Origin: Octopus sinensis
Lineage: Eukaryota
Length of the DNA: 64,000 nucleotides
Assembly (NCBI RefSeq): GCF_006345805.1
Contig: NC_042997.1
Location: 175,150,001 to 175,214,000 of the forward strand
Reading direction: 5' to 3'
Shown: positions 12,851 to 24,589 of the stretch, piece after piece
Position numbering within the stretch: position 1 is the stretch's first letter
How the letters are laid out: the number at the start of each line of letters is the position of its first letter
Notes under the pieces: model-generated
The model's database searches: none
Seen by the model: the letters and a program-made list of their open reading frames with translations, nothing else
What the model was told of the DNA's origin: nothing
Translations under genes and position numbers: made by a program

Positions 12851-14098
12851 TGGAGGCGCGTGACTTAGTGGATAGGGTGTCAGCACCATGATCGTAAGAT
12901 TGTGGTTTCGATTCCTGGACCGGGCGACGCATTGTGTTCTTGAGCAAAACACTTCATTTCACGTTGCTCCAGTCCACTCATCTGGCAAAAATGAGTAACG
13001 CCGCGATGGATTGGCGTCCCGTCCAGCTGGGGAACACATACGCCATAGAAACTGGGCCCATGAGTCTGGCTAGGCTTTAAAAGGGCGCATTTATTTTAAA
13101 TGGAGGCGCGTAGCTTAGTGGTTAGGGTGTCGGCATCATGATCGTAAGATTTTGGTTTCGATTCCTGGACCGGGCGACGCATTGTGTTCTTGAGCAAAAC
13201 ACTTCATTTCACGTTGCTCCAGTCCACTCAGCTGGCAAAAATGAGTAACGCCGCGATGGATGGCGTCCCGTCCAGCTGGGGAACACATACGCATAGAAAC
13301 TGGGCCCATGAGTCTGGCTAGGCTTTAAAAGGGCGCATTTATTTTAAAATGGAGGCGCGTAGCTTAGTGGTTAGAGTGTCGGCATCATGATCGTAAGATT
13401 GTGGTTTCGATTCCTGGACCGGGCAACGCATTGTGTTCTTGAGCAAAACACTTCATTTCACGTTGCTCCAGTCCACTCAGCTGGCAAAAATGAGTAACGC
13501 CGCGATGGATTGGCGTCCTGTCCAGCTGGGGAACACATACGCCATAGAAACTGGGCCCATGAGTCTGGCTAGGCTTTAAAAGGGCGCATTTATTTTAAAA
13601 TGGAGGCGCGTGGCTTAGTGGTTAGGGTGTTAGCACCATGATCATAAGATTGTGGTTTCGATTCCTGGACCGGGCAACGCATTGTGTTCTTGAGCAAAAC
13701 ACTTCATTTCACGTTGCTCCAGTCCACTCAGCTGGCAAAAATGAGTAACGCCGCGATGGATTGGCGTCCTGTCCAGCTGGGGAACACATACGCCATAGAA
13801 ACTGGGCCCATGAGTCTGGCTAGGCTTTAAAAGGGCGCATTTATTTTAAAATGGAGGCGCGTGGCTTAGTGGTTAGGGTGTTAGCACCATGATCATAAGA
13901 TTGTGGTTTCGATTCCTGGACCGGGCAACGCATTGTGTTCTTGAGCAAAACACTTCATTTCACGTTGCTCCAGTCCACTCAGCTGGCAAAAATGAGTAAC
14001 GCCGCGATGGATTGGCGTCCCGTCCAGCTGGGGAACACATACGCCATAGAAACCGAGAAACCGGGCCTGGCTAGGCTTTAAAAGGGCGTATTTATTAT
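12851..14098 (+). mobile_element. Five head-to-tail full-length copies of SINE family B (about 250 bp each)
   Basis: TGGAGGCGCG(T/A)G(G/A)CTTAGTGG starts at 12851, 13101, 13350, 13601 and 13852. Each copy has A and B boxes, a CORE-like block (TTGAGCAAAACACTTCATTTCAC) and a GCGATGGATTGGCGTCCCGTCCAG tail. Confidence 0.95.
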
Positions 14099-14122
14099 TT
14101 TATATTTTACACGTATACATAA

Positions 14123-14636
14123 CTAGCAGTATCGCCCGGCGTTGCTCGGGTTTGTAAGGGAAATAACTATATAAGCATTTTTTAGAGAGTTACTTCCCTT
14201 ATAGATGCCAATTCGGGCTTTCTTAGCCATTTCTGTTTTGGTGTCCTCAAGCCATGAAGTCGTTGTTCTAAAAGAACGCTGGTCTCCTTGACAACGCTTT
14301 ACGACGTTGATATCCTTACACTCCCTTTCCCACAGCTTCACGAGGGAGGGAAGAAGGGGGAGAAGCAAACAGGTGCAGGTGTGACCATGGACGCCAACTC
14401 CGCCGCCATCGACACACGAAAAATTATGCATTAAAATGGAATAAAAAATGATGTTAAATTATTTTAAAAATCGTAGACTCATCGTAGACGCGCGCTAATA
14501 CCCAGACGGGCTCGATAGGAATCACGACTATAAGATACCCGAATTTGGTTAAACTGCACCGCAAAATGTGGGAGTAGTTAGGAATCTAAATCGAAGGGGA
14601 CAGACACTCACACAACTACAGTTTTATATATATAGA
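14123..14636 (-). mobile_element. Non-autonomous Helitron (514 bp)
   Basis: Minus strand begins TC (14636-14635) and ends CTAG (14126-14123). Subterminal GC hairpin CCCGAGCAACGCCGGG lies about 12 nt from the 3' end. Inserted between A and T, with no TSD. Confidence 0.85.
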
Positions 14637-14825
14637 TGTGTATCTAATGTTTAAAATTGGAAAAATTTACTGGAGCTTCCGTAGAGATGGAATTACAAGC
14701 CGCATCTCGAAATTAGTAACTATCGTTTATGATTTTCATAAGAGCGGGATTCCGTAACTAGAGTTTCCGAAAGGCGAAGGATACTTTTATTTAATAAGCC
14801 TGCAGACAAACATATCGACTTGTTC

Positions 14826-15272
14826 AGTCTCTCCAGTACAAGTTTTGTTGGTCTTATATTTAAAGGAAAATTATATTTGCATTATCAAAATTTATGATGT
14901 TCAGTTCAAGAAGCCAGAATCGTGTGTAGTTTTAGAAACCAGTTAAGATGGGGTGTGAAAAGATGTAAGGATGCAAAGAGTGCTTATTCCTTTACCCAAA
15001 GACAAAGAAGTTCACCAGAAGCTCAAAAATTAGATTACATGTCTCTTCTATGCAGTAGAAATCTTTTCTGGCTTTTTGAACTAAACACCATAATTTTTGA
15101 TAATACGAATATAAGATCAGTGTGAACTGCAGTGAAGAGACTGAGAGATTCTTAAGAGATTTCTAAAACTACACACTGTTCTGACTTTCTGAACCGAACA
15201 CCATAATTTTTGATAATACAAGTATAAATTACCTTGAGATATAAAACCGGCGATAGTTGTACTGAAGAGATT
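14826..15272. repeat. Imperfect long inverted repeat (arms about 110 bp), MITE-like
   Basis: 14826-14938 is roughly 80% identical by eye to the reverse complement of 15160-15272. A partial third arm copy lies at about 15066-15104. Confidence 0.7.
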
Positions 15273-15409
15273 TAATTCGTTGAAACATACACCTGCAGAT
15301 TTATTAAATTCATATCGTAGATTAGATTAATCTTGTCGTTATTTATTTTTCAACTTAAAGAAAAATAATTCAGAGAAAAAAAATTATCTCTTTCTCACCA
15401 TTATGTCTC

Positions 15410-15472
15410 TGTCTGCCTGCCTCTCCCTCTCTCCTTTCTCTATCTCTATTTTTCGCCTCTCTCTCTCTCTCT

Positions 15473-15555
<83 letters not shown>
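15410..15555. repeat. (CT)n microsatellite
   Basis: Direct reading. Confidence 0.95.
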
Positions 15556-15558
<3 letters not shown>

Positions 15559-15907
15559 TTTCCGCTTCCCACGGCAAGTTCACTGTACTCATTTTAGTGA
15601 TTTTATTACATAATAATACGTCTTGCGAACGCAAGCCAACACCAGCCTCTCCGGTGTCCGTTTGATCATATACATATGTGTGTATGTGAGTGCGTGAATG
15701 TATGTGTGTCTGTATGGTGTGTGTATGTGTGGTGTGTGTCTGTGTGTCTGTGCAGGTACGTTCAATGGTTATGTCTTAATATTCGATGGAATGCGCATGT
15801 ATACTTTCACAAATTTACCTGTAATCGTACACTGACACGTGTATGAATGTATGTATGTATGTATCTATGTAGACATGCATTCGTCTGTGTATGTATGAGT
15901 GTGTATG

Positions 15908-15964
<57 letters not shown>

Positions 15965-16154
15965 CTGTCTCTATGCGTGCATCTATGTTAGTGTGTATAT
16001 ATGAATACGTCGGCATATTTATACTCCGATGGATGCAAATATGTAAGTTTGTCAGTGATGCTCGTTTGCAAATTTTTTCATTTGTAACTATGCTCGCTAA
16101 CATTTATACTTATCTATCTACATATCTACACATTGATTTATAGAATTGCTCTTG

Positions 16155-16389
16155 TACGTATGTATGTAGGTAGGTAGGTAGGTAGGTAGGTAGGTATGCA
16201 TATATGTATGCATGTATGTATGTATGTATGTATGTATGTATGTGTGTATGCATGTATGTATGTATGCATGTATGTACGAACGTATGTGTGTATGCATGTA
16301 TGTACGAACGTATGTATGTACATACGTACGTATGAATGTATTATGTATGTACTTACGTATGTATGTATGTATGTATGTATGTATGTATG

Positions 16390-16420
<31 letters not shown>

Positions 16421-16440
16421 GTATGTACGCATGTATATAT
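16155..16440. repeat. (TATG)n/(TAGG)n microsatellite
   Basis: Direct reading. Confidence 0.95.
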
Positions 16441-16774
16441 GAAGGCGTATGACTCAGTGGTTAGAGCGTAGAGCTTATGATCGTGAGGTTGTGAGTTCGA
16501 TTCCCGGACCGGGCTGCGTGTTGTGTTCTTGAGCAAGACACTTTATTTCACGTAGCTCCAGTTCACTCAGCTGTAGAAATGAGTTGCAACATCACTGGTG
16601 CCAAGCTGTATCGGCCTTTGTCTTTCCCTTGGATAACATCAGTGGTGTGGAGAGGGAAGGCTGGTATGCATGGGCAACTGCTGGCCTTCCACAAACAACC
16701 TTGCCTGGACTTGTGCCTCGGAGGGTACTTTTCTAGGTGCAATCCCATGGTCATTCACGACCGAAGGGGGTCTC
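16441..16774 (+). mobile_element. tRNA-derived SINE family C
   Basis: A box TGACTCAGTGG, B box GAGTTCGATTCC, CORE-like block and a distinct tail ending ACCGAAGGGGGTCTC. Second copy at 51460-51771. Confidence 0.85.
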
Positions 16775-17608
16775 CTCCATGCATGTATATATGTATGTAT
16801 GTATGCATGCATTTATATATGTATGTTATTTAGTTTCGTTTCTATATCCCTTGCCAATGGAGAAAGAGTTGGTCTCTAACCCAGGTCCAAGGCTCCTTCA
16901 TGGGAATTTTGACAACATTAAACAGGGTAGTTGTGTATGTATGCATGAATATGTGCGAGTATTTGGAGCGTGTGCATGTGCTGATCTTTATGTTTTGTGT
17001 TTCGTATGTATACACATAAAATGTACTTGCATGTCCAAGCATGTGCATAAGTATCTATATGCTAAACTCTTGGGAAGTGCATGCGTGCATGGATTCGTAG
17101 ATCCCTGTGTGTGTATAAGTATGTTTTTATTCTTCGTGATTTATGTTTTTCTCTTTGTAGAACTCAAAGCCAGTGACCAACAAAGTAGAACTCAAGGCAA
17201 TCATTAAGAAAGCGACAGGTCAAAACAGTTCATGGAGGTCGTGACTATCTGAATTGAATAATGTATGAATATATGTATGTGCATGTGTATGAGATTTTCT
17301 TTTTTTTTTTTTGCTATCGTGTAGTGCGTGCGCATGTTACTTTAGTATACAAGTAAGGGTACTTCATCACTGTTTATGCACATATAAGTATATTCCATGT
17401 ATGTATATGATCATGCGCATGTGCTCATGCCAGAAACCTAAGATAGTGAATCGCCGGAATGTTTTACAAATTCTCGCTATTCTTCTAATTGATTGTATTT
17501 GGAAGATGCGAATCAGTTTGTTCTGTTCTTTTTTTTGTTTTGTTTTTTGGAGAGAACGCCAGCATTTTTAGGTTCTTTTGCAGATTTGTTATTATGTAGC
17601 TCAATGCG

Positions 17609-18395
17609 CAAGACCGAATTAAGAGTGCTACTTTGGCGTGTGATCTTATAACTTCAAGGGCAATTACTTTAGGTTAGTTTTTTGGTTTCTTTACATTGCA
17701 AAACTAGCAGCTGCCTAACTTGTGCGACCTACGCGCTTATTCTAAACATTATACTGTTTATTCTTGGTTTGTTATTATTGTTTACCAAGACTTAATTGAA
17801 ACATGGTTTTATTATTATTAAAATAGTAAGAATTTTGAAAAGATACATTTACAATGCTTAGTATGTACAAAAGAATTTATTGTATAAAAAAATCTTTCGC
17901 CAACAGTTAAGGGTTTTTAGAAATTGAAAAGTAAACTAAAACGTAACTTAAAGTAATCGCCATTTAGGTTGTAGATCACACGCCAAAGTAGTACCGAATT
18001 AAGATCCATAGAGGCCCTAACGACTTAAAAGATTTTGGTGCCTCCGTATATACGTAATTCAAATTACAAACGAGGATGAACCATAAAAGAATTTTTTATT
18101 GTTCAAAATGAAACAAAACATAAGATATAAAATAATGTTTATTTTTCTATATTTCCACTTATTTATATTTGAAAAGTTTTCTCCTACTTTTTATAATTGC
18201 AAGGTCTTTGATCAGATCCTCACATGAACACTTCAAAATTATACTTCCGATTATATAAGCCACTTCGAATTTTATTTTAGCAAATTTAAATTGATTTCTT
18301 TTGTGCCGTAAACCATTTACCATTTCTGTGATAAACTCCCTTCCCATGATATCCTAAACAAGTGCTTATTTTGCTTAATGCTTAATCTAGCACTT
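17609..18395 (-). mobile_element. hAT-derived non-autonomous element, interrupted by a MITE
   Basis: Carries the transposase C-terminal remnant CEDLIKDLAIIKSRRKLF. Same family as 56526-56948. Terminus CAAGACCGAATTAAG resembles CAGGGCCGGATTAAG. Confidence 0.7.
17625..17994. mobile_element. MITE (370 bp) with a 10-bp TSD (Mutator-like)
   Basis: TIR GT(G/A)CTACTTTGGCGTGTGATCT at both ends. TSD CGAATTAAGA at 17615-17624 and 17995-18004. Confidence 0.85.
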
Positions 18396-18659
18396 CATCT
18401 ATTGTAATAAGTACAAATGAAAATCTACAGCCTGGATATAATTTTTGTCGAGACAATCGTGCGACAGCTGATCCTTACAACGCTACACGACTTTTACTCC
18501 CTGTTCTATAGAACAATATCTGGCCTATTGTGCTTACATCAGGTTGTTGCTTTTAATGAAATATTCTACCACCATTTTTTTTTTAAATGTGGATACATTC
18601 TGGTTGTGGTGTATTTTTGGTAGACCACCAGGACAGTCTTTCATGCATACATATCATTG

Positions 18660-18883
18660 TAGCCCTGTATGTATGTTTGTATGTATGTATGTATGTATGT
18701 ATGTATGCATGTATGTATGTATGTATGTATGTATGTATGTATGTATACATATATATATATATATATGTGTGTATACATATATATACATATATATACATAT
18801 ATATATACATATATATATATATATACATATATATACATATATATACATATATATACATATATATACATATATACATATATTAC

Positions 18884-18923
<40 letters not shown>

Positions 18924-18965
18924 CTATATATATATATATATATTATATATTATATATATAATATA
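18660..18965. repeat. (TATG)n/(TA)n microsatellite
   Basis: Direct reading. Confidence 0.95.
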
Positions 18966-18966
18966 T

Positions 18967-19179
18967 GATTCGATATGCGACCGCGTGTGTATCATTGGCG
19001 ATTTCTTTCTCAGTCTTCCCTTCCTTGGACCTTTCTTTTTCCTATGTTTCTGACGAACAGCTCGCTCGAAGCGTTAAATCCTCCTTCTTTCTTTCCTTTC
19101 CTGAGCGTCCAATAACACTATACTTGTTCCACGTCCTCGTGTTGTTGTGTTTCCTCTTTGTGTTTTCATGTTTGGATTA

Positions 19180-19181
<2 letters not shown>
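18967..19181 (+). mobile_element. Short Penelope-like terminal repeat embedded in (TA)n
   Basis: Second copy at 62453-62650 (-). Contains the CTGACGA...GCTCGAA(G/A)CG motif I associate with Penelope pseudo-LTRs. Confidence 0.55.
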
Positions 19182-19214
<33 letters not shown>

Positions 19215-19648
19215 AAAATAAGGGTGAAAAATTGAAATTAATATGTTCTCAAACCGGCAGTAAATTACTTATGCAGTATTCATATCCGGGGATTTAGCGC
19301 GCCAGAACGAGGGCATTTGAATGTAACTGTGAATATAATCGGCCGTACCGTTCGTCTCTGTTCAACCTCGTGTGTATTTTGCCGTGCGGTTCGACAAATT
19401 ATATTCTGATGTACTCTACTGACCATTCGAAAATACTTATGTAAGTAAAATTACATAATTCATTAACAATGAAACAATTGTATAGAATTAATCTATTTTT
19501 TCGTTATTTTTCATTTGTCCTGCTCGCTTACGCTCTTGGCGTGTTGAATTAATTCTTGAGAACAATTCCTTGGTGGTGGATTCCCTTTGCGGATCTATAT
19601 CTAGCGTTAGAGCGTCCACATAGTGGATTCTCTCTTATTGTTTTGTAT

Positions 19649-19736
<88 letters not shown>

Positions 19737-19931
19737 TGCATGTATTTGTATTAAGACCTTAATTATTCATTTTTGTTTTAGCGTAAACTTTTTTGCAATC
19801 CCTCTCTGCTACATAAAGCTTATATCTACTCGTTCAACATTAACTGTTCTTTTTCTCATTATACAACCTTGAAATTAGCCTTATACATCTTTATGACTAA
19901 AAACACACCTTTCCAATTAGCTACTAAAAAC

Positions 19932-20251
19932 TGGTACTCCGTCGGTTACGACGACGAGAATTCCAGTTGATCCGATCAACAGAACAGCCTGCTCATGAAA
20001 TTGAAGTGCAAGTAGCTGAGCACTTCACAGACATGTGTACCTTTAACTTAGTTTTCGGGGAGATTCAACGTGACAGAATGTGACAAGGCTGGCCCCTTGA
20101 AATACAGGTACTACTCATTTTTACCAGCTGAGTGAACTGGAGCAACGTGAAATAAAGTGTCATGCTCAATTCCATAATGCGTCGCTGGGAATTGAACTCA
20201 CGATCTTCCGATCGTGATCGAAACACCCTAACCACTAAGCTACGCGCCTTC
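19932..20251 (-). mobile_element. SINE: head/CORE of family B joined to the family A tail
   Basis: 5' part matches the 12851 units; 3' part (GTACCTGTATTTCAA...CGTAACCGACGGAGT) matches 59692-60025. Confidence 0.8.
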
Positions 20252-20401
20252 TCACACTGACGTTAACAAGGACAGAACACTCACATGTTAAACTAAACGA
20301 GATTCTTTACAGTTAACAACGCTTATTGTTGCACCTTATCGAACTGCCTTAAGAACCTTTAAGGATAAAGGACAAAGATCCTTCCCGAATCATATAGACT
20401 C

Positions 20402-20618
20402 ATTGAGTCGGTTTCCCGATTTCCGTGGCATATATATTCCCCACATAGACGGGACGCCAGTCGGTCGCAGGCTTACTCATTTTTGCCAACTGGGTAGATT
20501 GGAGCAACGTGATATGAAATGTTTTGCTCAAGAACACAATGCGTCGCTCGGTTCAGGAATCGAAACTACAATTTTATGATCATGAGTCCAACGCCCAAAC
20601 CACTAATCTACGTACCAT
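20402..20618 (-). mobile_element. SINE family B, diverged
   Basis: Reverse complement aligns to the 12851 unit. Confidence 0.75.
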
Positions 20619-20979
20619 ATCTTTAATCTGGTCTATATTTATCTAATATCCGTAATGCCGCAATTTAGTCATAATATCCACACCGCACCCCTAAGTTACA
20701 ATCTAATTTACCACCCTTCTACTTTCCTATATCTAAATGAAGCATAACTTCATCTTTTTAAACTTCCGGAATTCTCCCTTCCCGAGTGTGTAAGTGTGTA
20801 CGTGTGTATATACATACATTTATATATATATATATATATAATATATATATATATATATTATATATATATATATAGATATGTATATGTATGTATGTATGTG
20901 TGTATGTATATGTATGTATGTATGTATGTATGTATATATATATATATAGAGAGAGAGAGAGGGGGGGAGAAAGACAAAC

Positions 20980-21025
<46 letters not shown>

Positions 21026-21054
21026 GTATATATACACACAGATATATATATATG

Positions 21055-21092
<38 letters not shown>

Positions 21093-21103
21093 GTGTGTGT
21101 GTG

Positions 21104-21137
<34 letters not shown>

Positions 21138-21656
21138 GTTGTTGCCGTTAAAAATGACCTTTTTTACCACATTCACAAGTCCACATTCCTCTTACATTAC
21201 CCTATTTTAAATTTCCTTAAGTTAATTATATCCTTCATTGACTTTCGTATCTTAGTTTTATTACATTTCAACCATTTGTTAAACATTGTAACATCTCTTC
21301 ACATTTACCCCGTTCTTAAACTTCCAGTCATTACCGCCTTTCCTTCGATAAAACAACCTCTCATTTATTGGTCTGTTAATGGCTTTGACCATTAAAACAA
21401 TTACTTTACATTAAAACAATTACCTTACAATTGTGATTTTGTGATAAGATAAATCGACAATCGTATGAAGTTTCATAAAGTATGATCTTAAACTTCAAGT
21501 AATACAATCACACTCTTAAGTTACCATTACCACGTATGTCATTTTCTTTCCGAACCAACTAACAATTTTGAATTAATTCTTATGATGATTTCATTTAGCC
21601 GGTCTACGTCATTCATTATCCTTTTTATTTTAACCACTGCATACTTATAAACCAGA

Positions 21657-21950
21657 ATGAGACGGAGTGGACTGCAGGTCATTTCACCCCTCCTAAACGA
21701 CTACGAGAAAGTCATTTCTCCATGTCAACCTGGAGGTTGGGGAGTCGTTGTGCTGCTCAGGAAGGCGCTCAAGCTAGTAACAAGGACTACCTTTGTTGAC
21801 CCGGAGGGCAGGTTGGTCGTCCTCCAAGTGACGCACGGCAGTAGTAATCTTTCAGGTTGGTAGCTGTCTACGCACCTTGCAGGACTAGACAGTCTGACAT
21901 TTCCAGAAACCTAGAGAATTTTCTTGGTACGTGGCACACTTTAGTGTTGT
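21657..21950 (+). mobile_element. Tx1/L1-type LINE APE endonuclease fragment (frameshifted)
   Basis: GGWGVVVLLRK...FVDPEGRLVVLQV.../LVAVYAP...QSDISRNLENFL matches the L1/Tx1 endonuclease pattern GR(L/I)...(F/I)xLVxVYAP. Confidence 0.75.
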
Positions 21951-22299
21951 TTGCAATTCGAAAAGCCCGCCTTTTACATAGATATATAAGGGTGAACAAT
22001 CCTATGAACTATGCTGGATATATTTGGTGTTCGTCTGGTATGTTAATTTTGTTGTTCATTTTTATGTATCTTGAATTATGCTTGCACTGAAGATAAAAAA
22101 GTACATTTTGTGCACTAATTATGAAATCATGATATGCAGCTGAATTCTGTTTTTGAAATGCTCGCTTCGAGCGTTGCATTCTCTCGAGTTCGGTACAATG
22201 TGTTTATTTATTATGGTAGTTTTGACTTTAAGAGTCTCTCCTAGCGTGAGGCATTTATGTATAGTAATGCCCTTAATATAATTATATATATACAGAGGG

Positions 22300-22450
22300 A
22301 GAGAGAACATTAAAAATAACAAATAACAAAACAATAAAGGGACGTGCACATGGAATGTATTTGCTTGACACTCAGTAAAGGTGGAAAAAAAGAGTGGTTT
22401 TCTTACTTTTCGAGCATAGCTCTTCGTCAAAAAGAAGAGAAGGAAGAGGT
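22300..22450 (-). mobile_element. Second Penelope-like short repeat family
   Basis: Shares GTGCACATGGAATGTATT with 62735-62800 and carries TGACGAAGAGCTATGCTCGAAA on the minus strand. Confidence 0.45.
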
Positions 22451-23322
22451 CTGGAGATGGAAAAATATTCAGGAAAAGCATGTGTGGTTACATGAGCGCT
22501 AGTGGTGTAAACATTATCGACCGCTCATACTCAGTGTGTGTGTGTTGCTTGTTCGCCAGTGCGCTGCGACTTAACGCGGTGGGGATAGTGTGTGTGTGCG
22601 CGTTATATTTATAAGCGCAAGCATAAAGTATATTAATAAAATATATGATGGACAGACAGACATTTAAAAAAATAATTACACAGAAGTATAAGAATATGTC
22701 AAGCATTATACACGCAGAAGTATAAAACTATTTCGAAAACAGGAAAACGGAAGTCTATGGTATTTCTTTAACACGTATAAGTTCCGAAGCATCAAATCTC
22801 TATGGGAAATCAAATCGTCTTTTCCTCAAGAAAATAGCAGTAATTAGTCATTAGGCCAGTTCAGAATTCATGCAGAAGACAATAAAACGAGTATTGTCAG
22901 AGCTACTTGTGCTTCGCAGCACATAGAAGATTAAGGGAATTTGTAAACATCCCTAAAAAGAAACAGATAATTTTTTTAGAGCTTAGTCAACAGAGGGAAA
23001 GCAGTGTATGTAATATTTTGAGCAACAATTCTCAGATTGGTGCTAAAAGAGGCAAGAAAAAAAACAGTGTCTCTTATGTTACAGAAGAATCAAGTAGAAA
23101 ATATTATCCATTTGTTCTCAAACCGGAGACCTAGTCCGAATACTTCCAGCAGAATAGACTCTGCTAAAAACACCGAAACGTGGTATAATGGTGTTAAATT
23201 GCAAGAGGGCTTAAAATTTTTTTATTGGAATTTCAGAATCGTTTCCCTTGCCTTTGATAAGAATTATCATTAACGCTTCTAACTTCCTTTTTCTTTTTGA
23301 GCGCAAAACGCACACAGGCACG

Positions 23323-23355
<33 letters not shown>

Positions 23356-23510
23356 TTATATATATATATATATACTTAACTTTCCTCTCATACCGTCTCC
23401 GGTGAAGGGATATTATTAATAAATATCCTAGAAACAGCAGTAAGACCTTTTATTTATAACTGCTCTAATATCTATACAACCTGGTTTTTTATCTTATTAC
23501 GCAAAAAATT

Positions 23511-23607
<97 letters not shown>

Positions 23608-23619
23608 GGTATGTATGTA

Positions 23620-23669
<50 letters not shown>

Positions 23670-24589
23670 AATGGAGAGAGAGAGAGAGAGAGAAATGGAG
23701 AGAGTGAGAGAGAGATACATACATACATATATATGTGTATATATATGTGTGTGTGTGTGTATGTATATATATATATGTATATATATTTATATATATATAT
23801 ACATACACACACACACTTGTCGCTTGATTTGTCGTTAAGTAGGTAGCTTGCACTTAACGATATATTCTTCACGCAGAGAACAACTCTGTGGTGAAACTTT
23901 CCTATGTCATAAGTCTAAGAAAGCCTATTTCAGAAAATAGCTCTAGAACTGTGATCTGCAACATACTAGCAAAACGTACTTTCAACATTCATCAACAAAT
24001 TTTTTACATGAGTTATTTTGAAGAAACGCCTCGTAACAAGATATATTACTGACGCAGAAAAGCTGCGCTCAGAATACGAAGCAACCTTATTGTTGTACGG
24101 TGATTAACTTTGTCTACACGTATTTACATTTAACGCTAATTCATCCATCTGTTTACAATGGCTGTTGATTCATACATTAGCTTCTTCAAATAAGTATACA
24201 TATAGCCATTTTAAGTTCCACCGACAAAATCTGAAACTCAGCCAAACTGTGAAACTAAAGCCGCATATTTTTAACAGATGAAATAATAACAAGTCGAAAG
24301 CTGAAAATTGCAAATGTAAAATTTGATATGAGGTGTTTAGACATTTGAACAAAATAACATTATATAGTAGATGTTTATTTGTTGAAATTATATGCCTTGT
24401 ATCAAATGAACATTGAAACACAAATATTTAGACATTTTAAAGTAAAAATACTAGGTACGTTGATATGGTTAACAACTCTTACTTACAATATCTTCGTCGT
24501 ATTCTGAAATTGCAGCTGAAAGAAAGAGTTGAAGGAATAGTGATAATTTCGCAATTGTCATTTATATGGCAAGCGAAACCAAATACTTA

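Noticed and set aside
12851-12925. tRNA genes at SINE heads (also 2393, 16441, 26047, 34126)
   Set aside because: A and B boxes are present, but the acceptor stems do not close and each runs into a SINE body.
22900-23273. Two overlapping 75-78-aa ORFs
   Set aside because: Alternative starts, no recognisable domain and no convincing splice pair.
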